From an uncultured Clostridia bacterium (lineage in GTDB: Bacteria > Bacillota > Clostridia > Oscillospirales > CAG-272), in contig CALLYE010000073.1 in NCBI GenBank assembly GCA_937875545.1, positions 12,237 through 76,236 of the forward strand: DNA of 64,000 nt, given 5' to 3'. A model generated the notes under the pieces. It had not been told where the DNA came from and searched no databases. It saw only the letters and a program-made list of their open reading frames with translations. Positions 53,184 to 61,503 of this stretch are shown here, piece after piece. Position 1 is the first letter of the stretch; each line of letters opens with the position of its first letter. The position numbers and the translations under genes are program-made.

Positions 53184-53215
53184 GCCGCCCGTTTAGTTAA
53201 AACCAAACGGACGGC
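53184..53215 (-). terminator. terminator-like hairpin downstream of the nitroreductase gene
   Basis: GCCGCCCGTTT-AGTTAAAACC-AAACGGACGGC (one mismatch), with T/A-rich flanks in both orientations. Confidence 0.5.
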
Positions 53216-53258
53216 ATCGCTTTTTTAATAATTGTCAATTGTCAATTCTCAATTATTC

Positions 53259-53816
53259 TCACCCAATATAACTTATCTTCCTGTAATCTGGTTCGTGCGG
53301 CGCTTTTGGCGTTTTTGCGTAACCCAGCAGCACCGCGCAGCCGAATTTATAACCCTCGGGGAAGCCGAGCCTGCGCTCGAACTCGCAGCCGTTCGGACCT
53401 GTGAACGGCAGTCCCGCCAATCCGCAGATAACGCTCGCTATACCCAAACTTGCCGCCGCAAGCGTAATATTCTGGCATACGATACCGCAGTCGAGCGGTG
53501 CGCCGTGGCGTGATCCGTCGATTGCGATAACCGCCATGCAGGGCGCGCCGTAAAATAATTTGCCGCCGCGCTCCTTGATGCGGTTGTACGAGGTCTTGTC
53601 CGAGGACGATGAAAGCCTTGCCATACCTTCATCGTCAAGGTCGGCAATCAGTTCTTTATCCCGCACCATGATAATATGCCACGGCTGGGCATTCACCGCG
53701 CTCGGCGCCTCGATCGCGGCTAAGGCTATCGCGCTTAATATGTCGTCAGGTACGGGCGTCGGCATATAATCGCGGCAGGAATAGCGATTGGCAATAATTC
53801 GCAGTGTTTCGTTCAT
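53259..53816 (-). CDS. nitroreductase family protein
   Basis: RYSCRDY near the N-terminus and the typical nitroreductase fold pattern. Start set at ATG 53816 (GGAGG SD, 8-nt spacing); the ATG at 53831 is itself part of the SD. Confidence 0.85.
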   Translation of the reverse strand: MNETLRIIANRYSCRDYMPTPVPDDILSAIALAAIEAPSAVNAQPWHIIMVRDKELIADLDDEGMARLSSSSDKTSYNRIKERGGKLFYGAPCMAVIAIDGSRHGAPLDCGIVCQNITLAAASLGIASVICGLAGLPFTGPNGCEFERRLGFPEGYKFGCAVLLGYAKTPKAPHEPDYRKISYIG

Positions 53817-53868
53817 TTTAATGACCTCCATTTTTTATAGGGCGGGGGCAAGCCCCCGCCGCATAATA

Positions 53869-54993
53869 TTATTTCCTAACAAGCGCGTCGCGCACGATCG
53901 ATTCGAGCAACTCGCGCTTTTCCAGTATATCGCCGACCAGCTTGAGCTGCGTCCGCGCGCGGACGAGGTTGTGCTCGGGATAACGGATCGTGAAATAAGT
54001 ATCCCCGTTCAGGTAATCGCCCAGAAAACGCATTGCCAGCTCGAGCGCTATCACCGCGACCGAGATGGGCAGCGCTTCCGTCTCCGCTTCATTCAACGTG
54101 CCGCCCAGCCCGTCGATGAACCCGCGTGTAAATTCTTCGAACAGGTCGGGGCGTATGTATACCTTTGACAGATCAGCTTCATCCTCGGCAGCGTTTGACG
54201 CGCCGTAACGTATCGCATCGCCGAAATCAAAAAGCACCGAGCCGGGCATTACAGTATCAAGATCGATGACGCAGACTGCCGCGTCGGTTTCGATGTCCAT
54301 CATTATATTATTGAGCTTGGTATCATTATGCGTCACGCGCAGCGGGAAAGCGCCCGACGCAATTCCGTCGGTGATAAGCGGGCAGAGCCATTTATTCTCC
54401 TCGACAAACGAAATTTCATGCGCGACCGACTTTACGCGTCCCGCGCGGTCGGCTTTTACCGCCGCTATAAAATCAGCGTAGCGACTGGGCGTATTGTGAA
54501 AATTCGGGATCGTTTCGTGCAGCGTTTCCGCCGGAAAATCGTCGAGTATACGCTGAAAATCGCCGAACGCATAGCCGGCATTGTAGAATTGACCCTCGCG
54601 CTCGATTATTTCATGCGAAACAGCGTCGCGGATGCTGTCATACACACGCCAATACCCACGACTATCATCATTATGATTGTCGATGTCCGAACCACGCGTT
54701 GCCCAGCCCCCGGATTTTGCGGGTATCACCGTCAGCACCTCGCGCGTCGGATCGCCGCCCCGCTGTATAATCTTACGTCTAAGGAACGCGGTGACGCTGA
54801 TGATATTCTCCATCACCTCGTCGGGCTTTTTAAACACATTTTCGTTTACCTTCTGGAGTATATACCTGCGTTGTGACGACATTTCCACTATATAAGTCTT
54901 ATTAATATTACCGTTCTTGCATTCGGTAAACGAAACTGGCTCGCCGGTGATTTCAAATTCGCCGATCAGCGCCGTTATTGACTGTAAATCCAT
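53869..54993 (-). CDS. aminoglycoside-phosphotransferase-fold kinase, N-acetylhexosamine 1-kinase (NahK)-like
   Basis: N-terminus GNINKTYIV...RYILQKVN, catalytic loop THNDTKLNNIMMD and VIDLDT. The roughly 370-aa size and motif order resemble NahK-type sugar 1-kinases. Confidence 0.65.
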   Translation of the reverse strand: MDLQSITALIGEFEITGEPVSFTECKNGNINKTYIVEMSSQRRYILQKVNENVFKKPDEVMENIISVTAFLRRKIIQRGGDPTREVLTVIPAKSGGWATRGSDIDNHNDDSRGYWRVYDSIRDAVSHEIIEREGQFYNAGYAFGDFQRILDDFPAETLHETIPNFHNTPSRYADFIAAVKADRAGRVKSVAHEISFVEENKWLCPLITDGIASGAFPLRVTHNDTKLNNIMMDIETDAAVCVIDLDTVMPGSVLFDFGDAIRYGASNAAEDEADLSKVYIRPDLFEEFTRGFIDGLGGTLNEAETEALPISVAVIALELAMRFLGDYLNGDTYFTIRYPEHNLVRARTQLKLVGDILEKRELLESIVRDALVRK

Positions 54994-55008
54994 TCTCCAT
55001 GCCTCTCA

Positions 55009-58000
55009 TTATCTGAAATAATCGACGCCCGCTTTGAATATGGGCATAAATTTATTACCGGGTACGTTTTTCGCCACATTATTCCCGCGGCGTTCGCTGT
55101 GACCCATCTTGCCGAATATACGTCCGTCGGGGCTGAATATACCCTCGATCGCTAAATCCGAGCCGTTGGGATTGAAACGCGTCTCCATCGATGGCACGCC
55201 CTCAGAATCTACATATTGCGTCGCGATCTGTCCCCTCTCCGCAAGTTTATCGATCAGTTTCTCCGGTGCGGTGAATCTGCCTTCGCCGTGAGAGATTGGA
55301 ACAGTGTGAAGCTCGTCAACCTCGCAATAGCGTAACCACGGTGATTTCACGCTCGCCACGCGTGTCGTTACCATCATAGACTGATGCCGCCCAATCTTAT
55401 TATAAGTCAGCGTCGGGCTGTCGGGCGACAACACGGGTAAAATTTTACCTTCGGGCAGCAGTCCGCTCTTGACCAGCGCTTGAAACCCGTTGCAAATGCC
55501 GAGGATCAAGCCGCCGTTTTCGTCGAGCAGGCGCGTAACCGCCTCGCATATCGCGGGGCTGCGTAATACCGCGGTGATAAACTTGCCGCTGCCGTCGGGT
55601 TCGTCGCCGCCGGAAAATCCGCCGGGCAGCATTAAAATCTGCGCCCCGTTTATCGCGGCGGAAAGCTCCGCAAGCGAATCCTCCAGCATTGCGGACGTCA
55701 GGTTGCGCAGCACAACCGTCGCCGGCTCGCCGCCGGCTTCGTCGAACACGCGCGCGCTGTCGTATTCGCAGTTTGTGCCCGGGAATACGGGAATAACGAC
55801 CCTCGGACGCGCGAATTTCGCGGGCGGCGTAACGCTGTGATGGGTTACACAGGACAGCGCCGGGGGTTTTATTCCGGCGAGTCTTTCCTCGTCCGCGACC
55901 TTGGTCGGGAATACACGCTCAAGCGGCGCGCTCCAGATGTCCGCAAGCTCGGTGAGAAAAATTTCTTCTTTATTGCAATATATGAAACCGCGGTCTGTGG
56001 TGTGACCGAGCGGAATACCGCGATCAAGCGGTTTTTTTGCCGCGATAATAAACGCGCCCGGACGCTTGCGCGTCAGCTCATCCGCAGTCATAACGCTCGA
56101 AAATTCAAATCCGACCATGTTGCCGAAGCAGCATTTCGCGACCGCTTCCGCGATACCGCTGAAGCCGAGCGCGCAGATACTCTCCGCGCTGCCTTCGTCC
56201 GCAAGTTTGTGTATATAGTCGAACAGCTCCGTAAGCGACTGCGCGTCGGGCAGCATATCGCCTCCGTATTTCGGTTCAAGCAGATATACGCTGCTATTTA
56301 CGCGTTTGAATTCGGGCGTGGTCAGCTTTGACGCGCGGTGGGGCGCGACCGCGAACGACACCAGCGTCGGCGGCACGTCGATACGACCGACATCCTTGCC
56401 CTCGAAAGTGCCGCTCATGCTGTCCTTGCCGCCGATTGCGGCGATGCGCAGTCCGAGCTGCGCGCGATACGCGCCGAGCAGCGCCGACAGCGGCACGCCC
56501 CAGCCCTCCGCATCAGCGCCCATACGTCGGAAATATTCCTGGAACGACAACCTTGCGCTGCGATAATCCGCGCCCGACGCAACCAGCCGCGCCGCCGATT
56601 CCACAACCGCGCAATACGCGCCGTGATAGGGCGATTTTTCCGACAGATACGGGTCGAACCCGAACGCCATGACCGACGCGGTATCGGTTTCGCCATGTTC
56701 AAGCGGCAGCTTCGCCGCCATATACTGCGGCGCGGTGAGCTGTTCGCGACCGCCGAACGGCATGACCGCCGTCGCGCCGCCGATAGACGAGTCGAAACGC
56801 TCGACCAGCCCCTTCTGCGAGCAGACGTTTAAATCCGATAAAACCGAGCGGAAAACTTCCGCCGCCGGCGCTTCGGTTGATTTAATACCGTCGTAAAGTC
56901 CGTTTATATCGATGTGTTGTATAGCCGCGTCAGCGTATTTGGGCGCGCCGTTCGAGTTTAAGAACTCCCGTGTGAGCGACACGACTTGTTTGCCGCGCCA
57001 AATCATGCGCAGGACAGGTTCAGCGGTTACAGCCGCGACAACCGTGGCTTCGAGGTTTTCGCGGTCTGCAAGCTTTATAAATTTATCAACATCATGCGGA
57101 CGCACTACCACCGCCATGCGTTCCTGCGATTCCGAGATTGCCAGCTCGGTGCCGTTCAGCCCCTCGTATTTTTTGGGTACAGCGTCGAGGTTTATTTCCA
57201 GCCCGTCGGCAAGTTCTCCGATTGCCACGGAAACGCCGCCCGCGCCAAAGTCGTTGCAGCGTACAATAAGCCTTGACGCTTCCGGATTGCGGAACAAGCG
57301 CTGGATCTTGCGTTCCTCGGGCGGGTTGCCCTTTTGCACCTCCGCGCCGCACGACTCGAGCGAGCCGGCGTTATGCGCTTTCGAACTGCCCGTTGCGCCG
57401 CCGCAGCCGTCGCGCCCTGTGCGTCCGCCGAGCAATATCACGGCATCACCCGGCTCGGGAGTCAGGCGCACCACGTTTTCCGCGGGTACCGCGCCCACAA
57501 CCGCGCCCAGCTCCATGCGTTTCGCCGCGTAGCGCGGGTGATATATCTCATTTACACACCCGGTCGCCAGCCCGATTTGGTTTCCGTATGACGAATAGCC
57601 CGACGCAGCGCCGACTGTCAGTTTAGACTGGGGCAGTTTGCCGGGTATGGTTTCGGCGACGGAAACGCGCGGGTCGGCAGCTCCGGTAACGCGCATCGCC
57701 TGATAAACATACGCGCGTCCCGACAGCGGGTCGCGTATCGCGCCGCCCAGACAAGTCGCCGCGCCGCCGAACGGCTCAATTTCGGTGGGATGGTTGTGAG
57801 TCTCATTTTTGAACATGAGCAGCCAATCGCGCTCCTCACCGTCGATATCGGCTTTTATCTTTATTGAGCAGGCGTTGATCTCGTCTGATTCGTCGAGGTT
57901 ATCCAGTTCACCCGACGCTTTAAGCAGCTTCGCCGCTATCGTTGCAAGATCCATGAGCGTTACGGGGCGGCGTTTTGCGGAATTTTTGTACAGCTCCGCG

Positions 58001-58749
58001 CGGCGCTCCAAATAATTGCGCAGTGTGGCGTCGATGTATGCGTCCTCCGCTTTTATATCGCCCAGCTCGGTTAAAAACGTGGTGTGGCGGCAGTGATCCG
58101 ACCAATAGGTGTCGATCATGCGCAGTTCTGTCATCGTCGGGTTGCGATGCTCGCCGTTGAAATACTCCTGACAAAACCGCACGTCGGCGGCATCCATCGC
58201 CAGCCTGTATTCGCTTATAATCTCATTCGGATCAGCATTTCGGAAGCCCTCCAGAACGCTGACGTCCTCCGGCGCGTCGTATTTGTCGTCGAGCGTTTCG
58301 GGCAGCGACGACGACGCTTCCCGGCTTTCGACGGGGTTGATGATATAATTTTTAATTTTTTCCCGTTCCTCTGGCGAAATATCACCCGAGAACGCATATA
58401 CACGCGCGGTGCGTACGCGCGGACGCTCGCCGCGCGTCAAAAGCTGGACACACTGCGAACATGAGTCTGCGCGCTGGTCGTATTGACCGGGCAGATATTC
58501 GACTGTGAGTATAAAATCACTGTTATCCGCACTGAAATCATCCGAAATTATGTCAGTCTGAGGTTCAGAGAACACCGTAAACTTTGCCGACTCGAACAAC
58601 TCGGGCGAAATGCCTTCTACATCGTAACGATTTAAAATCCTTGCGTTTTGCAGCCTCGGGATTAACAAATTTTCGCGCAGATCGCGGCATAATGCCGCCG
58701 CCTCCGCGTCAAATCCTTCCCTGCGCTCGACGAAAACCCTTAAAACCAT
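55009..58749 (-). CDS. purL: phosphoribosylformylglycinamidine synthase, single-chain large form
   Basis: 1246 aa with duplicated PurM-like FGAM synthetase domains and a C-terminal glutamine amidotransferase domain (GICNGFQAL..., ...PISHGEGRF). Confidence 0.93.
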   Translation of the reverse strand: MVLRVFVERREGFDAEAAALCRDLRENLLIPRLQNARILNRYDVEGISPELFESAKFTVFSEPQTDIISDDFSADNSDFILTVEYLPGQYDQRADSCSQCVQLLTRGERPRVRTARVYAFSGDISPEEREKIKNYIINPVESREASSSLPETLDDKYDAPEDVSVLEGFRNADPNEIISEYRLAMDAADVRFCQEYFNGEHRNPTMTELRMIDTYWSDHCRHTTFLTELGDIKAEDAYIDATLRNYLERRAELYKNSAKRRPVTLMDLATIAAKLLKASGELDNLDESDEINACSIKIKADIDGEERDWLLMFKNETHNHPTEIEPFGGAATCLGGAIRDPLSGRAYVYQAMRVTGAADPRVSVAETIPGKLPQSKLTVGAASGYSSYGNQIGLATGCVNEIYHPRYAAKRMELGAVVGAVPAENVVRLTPEPGDAVILLGGRTGRDGCGGATGSSKAHNAGSLESCGAEVQKGNPPEERKIQRLFRNPEASRLIVRCNDFGAGGVSVAIGELADGLEINLDAVPKKYEGLNGTELAISESQERMAVVVRPHDVDKFIKLADRENLEATVVAAVTAEPVLRMIWRGKQVVSLTREFLNSNGAPKYADAAIQHIDINGLYDGIKSTEAPAAEVFRSVLSDLNVCSQKGLVERFDSSIGGATAVMPFGGREQLTAPQYMAAKLPLEHGETDTASVMAFGFDPYLSEKSPYHGAYCAVVESAARLVASGADYRSARLSFQEYFRRMGADAEGWGVPLSALLGAYRAQLGLRIAAIGGKDSMSGTFEGKDVGRIDVPPTLVSFAVAPHRASKLTTPEFKRVNSSVYLLEPKYGGDMLPDAQSLTELFDYIHKLADEGSAESICALGFSGIAEAVAKCCFGNMVGFEFSSVMTADELTRKRPGAFIIAAKKPLDRGIPLGHTTDRGFIYCNKEEIFLTELADIWSAPLERVFPTKVADEERLAGIKPPALSCVTHHSVTPPAKFARPRVVIPVFPGTNCEYDSARVFDEAGGEPATVVLRNLTSAMLEDSLAELSAAINGAQILMLPGGFSGGDEPDGSGKFITAVLRSPAICEAVTRLLDENGGLILGICNGFQALVKSGLLPEGKILPVLSPDSPTLTYNKIGRHQSMMVTTRVASVKSPWLRYCEVDELHTVPISHGEGRFTAPEKLIDKLAERGQIATQYVDSEGVPSMETRFNPNGSDLAIEGIFSPDGRIFGKMGHSERRGNNVAKNVPGNKFMPIFKAGVDYFR

Positions 58750-58764
58750 GCGCCGTATCTCCGT

Positions 58765-60036
58765 TTATATTATTTCACAAATTAATATTTCATTTGCCGC
58801 TCGGACAGGCTTGACAAACCGCAGCTCACCGCGTTCCGCGGTGCCGGCCGGTACGGCGACTTCCATGAATTCGCGCGTATGCCCCTTGATCAATCCGCTA
58901 TCGGTCTGCTCGAACAATACCCCGAGAGGCTGCCCGCTGTCTATCGCTTTTTCATGGTGGGCAGTCCGCAGCTCGCGGTCAAGCGCTATCAGCCGCTCCG
59001 AGCGTTCCCGACAGATCGCGGGCGGCAACTGGGGCAGCGCGGCTGCTTCTGTACCAGGTCGGGGCGAATATGTGAACACATGCATGTGGTAAAAATCCGC
59101 GTGTCTCGCGAATTCGAGCGTTTCTATAAAATCCTCGTCGCTCTCGCCCGGGAAGCAGGTCAGAATATCCGCCGAATACTTCACATCCGGTATTACGCCG
59201 CGCAGATAATCGAGGTTATCCGCCGCTTGTTTCGCGTTATAACGCCGCCGCATTGCCGCGAGCACACGGCTCGAACCGCTTTGCAGCGATATGTGGAAAT
59301 GCGGCATCAGCTTTGGCAGCGCAGCGAATTCGTCCGCGATATGACGCGTCAGATATGACGGATCGAGCGAACCGAGCCGTATGCGCTCGATATTGTTAAT
59401 TCCGCTTACGCGCGAGATTAACAAGGGCAGGTCGTCGCCGTATGCGGAGGTTTCAATTCCGGTGAGCGTGACCTCGCGGCAGCCCGTCGCGGCGACGGCG
59501 GCGACATCGGCGGCAACGTCGTCCGCACCACGCAGGCTCACGCCGCCGCGTAGCGACGGAATTATGCAATAAGCGCACCGCCCGTTGCAGCCGTCCTCGA
59601 TTTTTATATATGCGCGCGTGCGCTCGAAGCCGTCTATTTTCATCGGTTCGAGCGGATTATTGATAGATTGTTTCAATGCGCCTTGCACGCCTTCAAGCGC
59701 CTTCGCCGCCGCGTCGAGCTTGTTCCGGCTGCCCGCAACTATATCGCATATCCCGGCAAGCGTGTCAGGCTCAAGCTGCGCGTCGCAGCCTACGGCGGCG
59801 ATTACCGCGCGGGGGTTAATCCGTCGCAGCCTGCGCAGCAGCTTACGCGATTTTACGGCGCTCTCCGCCGTCACCGCGCAGGTGTTGACGATATAAATAT
59901 CGCGCACCGATCCGGGTGCGTCCTCTGTCGACGCGTCGACGCCGCGCGAGCGCAGGAACGCGGCGATCGCTTCGCTTTCATAATGGTTTACGCGGCAGCC
60001 GAGCGTATAAACAGCCGCGGTAGATTGATTACTCAT
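58765..60036 (-). CDS. mtaB: MiaB-like methylthiotransferase, MtaB type
   Basis: UPF0004 N-terminal domain (YTLGCRVNHYESE), radical SAM CNGRCAYC, and a C-terminal TRAM-like region. Confidence 0.85.
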   Translation of the reverse strand: MSNQSTAAVYTLGCRVNHYESEAIAAFLRSRGVDASTEDAPGSVRDIYIVNTCAVTAESAVKSRKLLRRLRRINPRAVIAAVGCDAQLEPDTLAGICDIVAGSRNKLDAAAKALEGVQGALKQSINNPLEPMKIDGFERTRAYIKIEDGCNGRCAYCIIPSLRGGVSLRGADDVAADVAAVAATGCREVTLTGIETSAYGDDLPLLISRVSGINNIERIRLGSLDPSYLTRHIADEFAALPKLMPHFHISLQSGSSRVLAAMRRRYNAKQAADNLDYLRGVIPDVKYSADILTCFPGESDEDFIETLEFARHADFYHMHVFTYSPRPGTEAAALPQLPPAICRERSERLIALDRELRTAHHEKAIDSGQPLGVLFEQTDSGLIKGHTREFMEVAVPAGTAERGELRFVKPVRAANEILICEII

Positions 60037-60046
60037 AACAAGCAGT

Positions 60047-60075
60047 ATTATACCATTATTTTATCGCTGTGTAAA
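60047..60075 (-). promoter_or_regulatory. extended -10 promoter TTTACA-17-(TGg)TATAAT close to the mtaB start
   Basis: On the minus strand, TTTACA (60075-60070) and TGGTATAAT (60055-60047). Only 10 nt (ACTGCTTGTT, no SD) separate the -10 from ATG 60036. Confidence 0.5.
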
Positions 60076-60174
60076 CGTCCTATTTGTTAAAAGGAAATAT
60101 CAAAAACTATATTTTAAAAAGCCTATTGTTAAACGGCACAAGCTGTGCTTGGATGTAAAACAACGAATTGATAA

Positions 60175-60203
60175 TTGTAATATACAAATATTTCTCCTAT
60201 AAT
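60175..60203 (+). promoter_or_regulatory. sigma-A type promoter TTGTAA-17-TATAAT
   Basis: Hexamers at 60175-60180 and 60198-60203 with a 17-nt spacer, about 40 nt upstream of the XRE-TPR start. Confidence 0.5.
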
Positions 60204-60242
60204 ATAATCACACCGGTGTTAATATTATAGGAGAATGTGCTT

Positions 60243-61373
60243 ATGAAAATAAAACTGGGCGAAAAGATCCGCGAACTGCGCCGCCGCGACGGGCGGACAC
60301 AGGAAACACTCGCCGACGCAATCGGCGTTACAAGCCAGGCTGTCTCCCGCTGGGAGGCGAACGGAGGTTATCCCGACCTTGAGATAGTCCCCGCGATAGC
60401 GAATTATTTCCACATTACCATCGACGAGCTTTTCGGATATAACGGTGAGCGTGAAGAAAAAATTAAAGCTATATTAGAAAAAGCCGAAGCAATGATAAAC
60501 GCGCAGGGCAACATGGAACCGTGCGTCGCTCTGCTGCGCGAAGCAGCGGAAGAATTTCCGTCAGAGTCTAAAATAATGCTAAATCTTGGTTTCGCATTAA
60601 ATATGTATGGCTGGCAAATCTATGGCGCTCGCGGATATACGAAAGATGACAGCGATTATGCCTATGCGGATACCGAATACAACTCTAAAAACGAATATTT
60701 TATAGAAGCGCTCGAAATATTCGAGAAAGTACTGGAAATGAATATCAACTCTGACGAAAGAATGGCAGTTATATTAATAATGGCTAAACAATATGCCAAC
60801 ACAGGAGCGTATGAACGTGCAATAGAACTTGCTAAAAAGCAGGATTCCATTATCATCAGCCGCGAATGTTTATTACCACTTGCATCAGAGGGTGAAGATC
60901 GAGATAAATATTTAGGCGAAGAAATACTTGCCTTATTAAAACAATTGTATATATCTATGGTAAACGCAGTTTTCACCAAAATATCTATTTTGAATAACAA
61001 TGAGAGCATTTCAAAACTACTTGGTTTAGCGCACCTCTACGAGTTAGTGCTTGACGACGGAAACTGCGGCGGCGCACACATGGAATTGCGAGATTTGTAT
61101 TATTATTGTGCAATACTTGAAGGACGACACGGAAATCTCAATACAGCATTGCAATATTTCGAAAAATGTTTCTATCACAACAGGGCGTATATATCGGTGC
61201 GACACGAAGAAATCTTCAAATACACCGCTCCTCTTGTGTCAAAAGTAACTTTCCCGGGCGGAAATTACCCGGTTGTGCCGGAAAATCATTGGAAGAGTGT
61301 GTTAGCTATGGCGCCCGCTAATCTACTGGATGCAATCCGCTCGGATGAGCGTTACGCGGAATGCTTCGCTTGA
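60243..61373 (+). CDS. XRE-family HTH regulator with large TPR-like helical C-terminal domain (RRNPP-like architecture)
   Basis: N-terminal HTH_XRE (LGEKIRELRRRDGRTQETLADAIGVTSQAVSRWEANGGYPDLEIVPAIANYFHITIDELFG) followed by about 300 aa of helical repeats. Start set at ATG 60243 (AGGAGA SD, 8-nt spacing). Confidence 0.8.
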   Translation: MKIKLGEKIRELRRRDGRTQETLADAIGVTSQAVSRWEANGGYPDLEIVPAIANYFHITIDELFGYNGEREEKIKAILEKAEAMINAQGNMEPCVALLREAAEEFPSESKIMLNLGFALNMYGWQIYGARGYTKDDSDYAYADTEYNSKNEYFIEALEIFEKVLEMNINSDERMAVILIMAKQYANTGAYERAIELAKKQDSIIISRECLLPLASEGEDRDKYLGEEILALLKQLYISMVNAVFTKISILNNNESISKLLGLAHLYELVLDDGNCGGAHMELRDLYYYCAILEGRHGNLNTALQYFEKCFYHNRAYISVRHEEIFKYTAPLVSKVTFPGGNYPVVPENHWKSVLAMAPANLLDAIRSDERYAECFA

Positions 61374-61390
61374 ACGCTAAATAGAACACA

Positions 61391-61431
61391 ACGCATGTGG
61401 TGAAACTATTTTTCACCACATGCGTCTTTTT
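61391..61431 (+). terminator. rho-independent terminator
   Basis: Perfect 15-bp stem ACGCATGTGGTGAAA/TTTCACCACATGCGT, loop CTATT, followed by CTTTTT. Confidence 0.9.
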
Positions 61432-61444
61432 ATTAATAATTATG

Positions 61445-61473
61445 TTGACATTTGTTCGTGCACGGTGTATAAT
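61445..61473 (+). promoter_or_regulatory. consensus sigma-A promoter TTGACA-17-TATAAT
   Basis: Exact hexamers at 61445-61450 and 61468-61473 with a 17-nt spacer, about 30 nt upstream of the radical SAM gene start. Confidence 0.6.
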
Positions 61474-61503
61474 AATCCCATGATATACGAAAGGATGTTC
61501 GCC

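Noticed and set aside
53817-53831. ATG 53831 as the nitroreductase start, and similarly ATG 18952 for the DUF3592 gene, ATG 21908 for blaI and ATG 1729 for murI.
   Set aside because: In each case the upstream start lacks a usable SD or is itself part of the SD. A downstream ATG or TTG has a strong GGAGG/AAGGAG site at 6-9 nt and gives the family-typical N-terminus. The longest-ORF coordinates were therefore not used.
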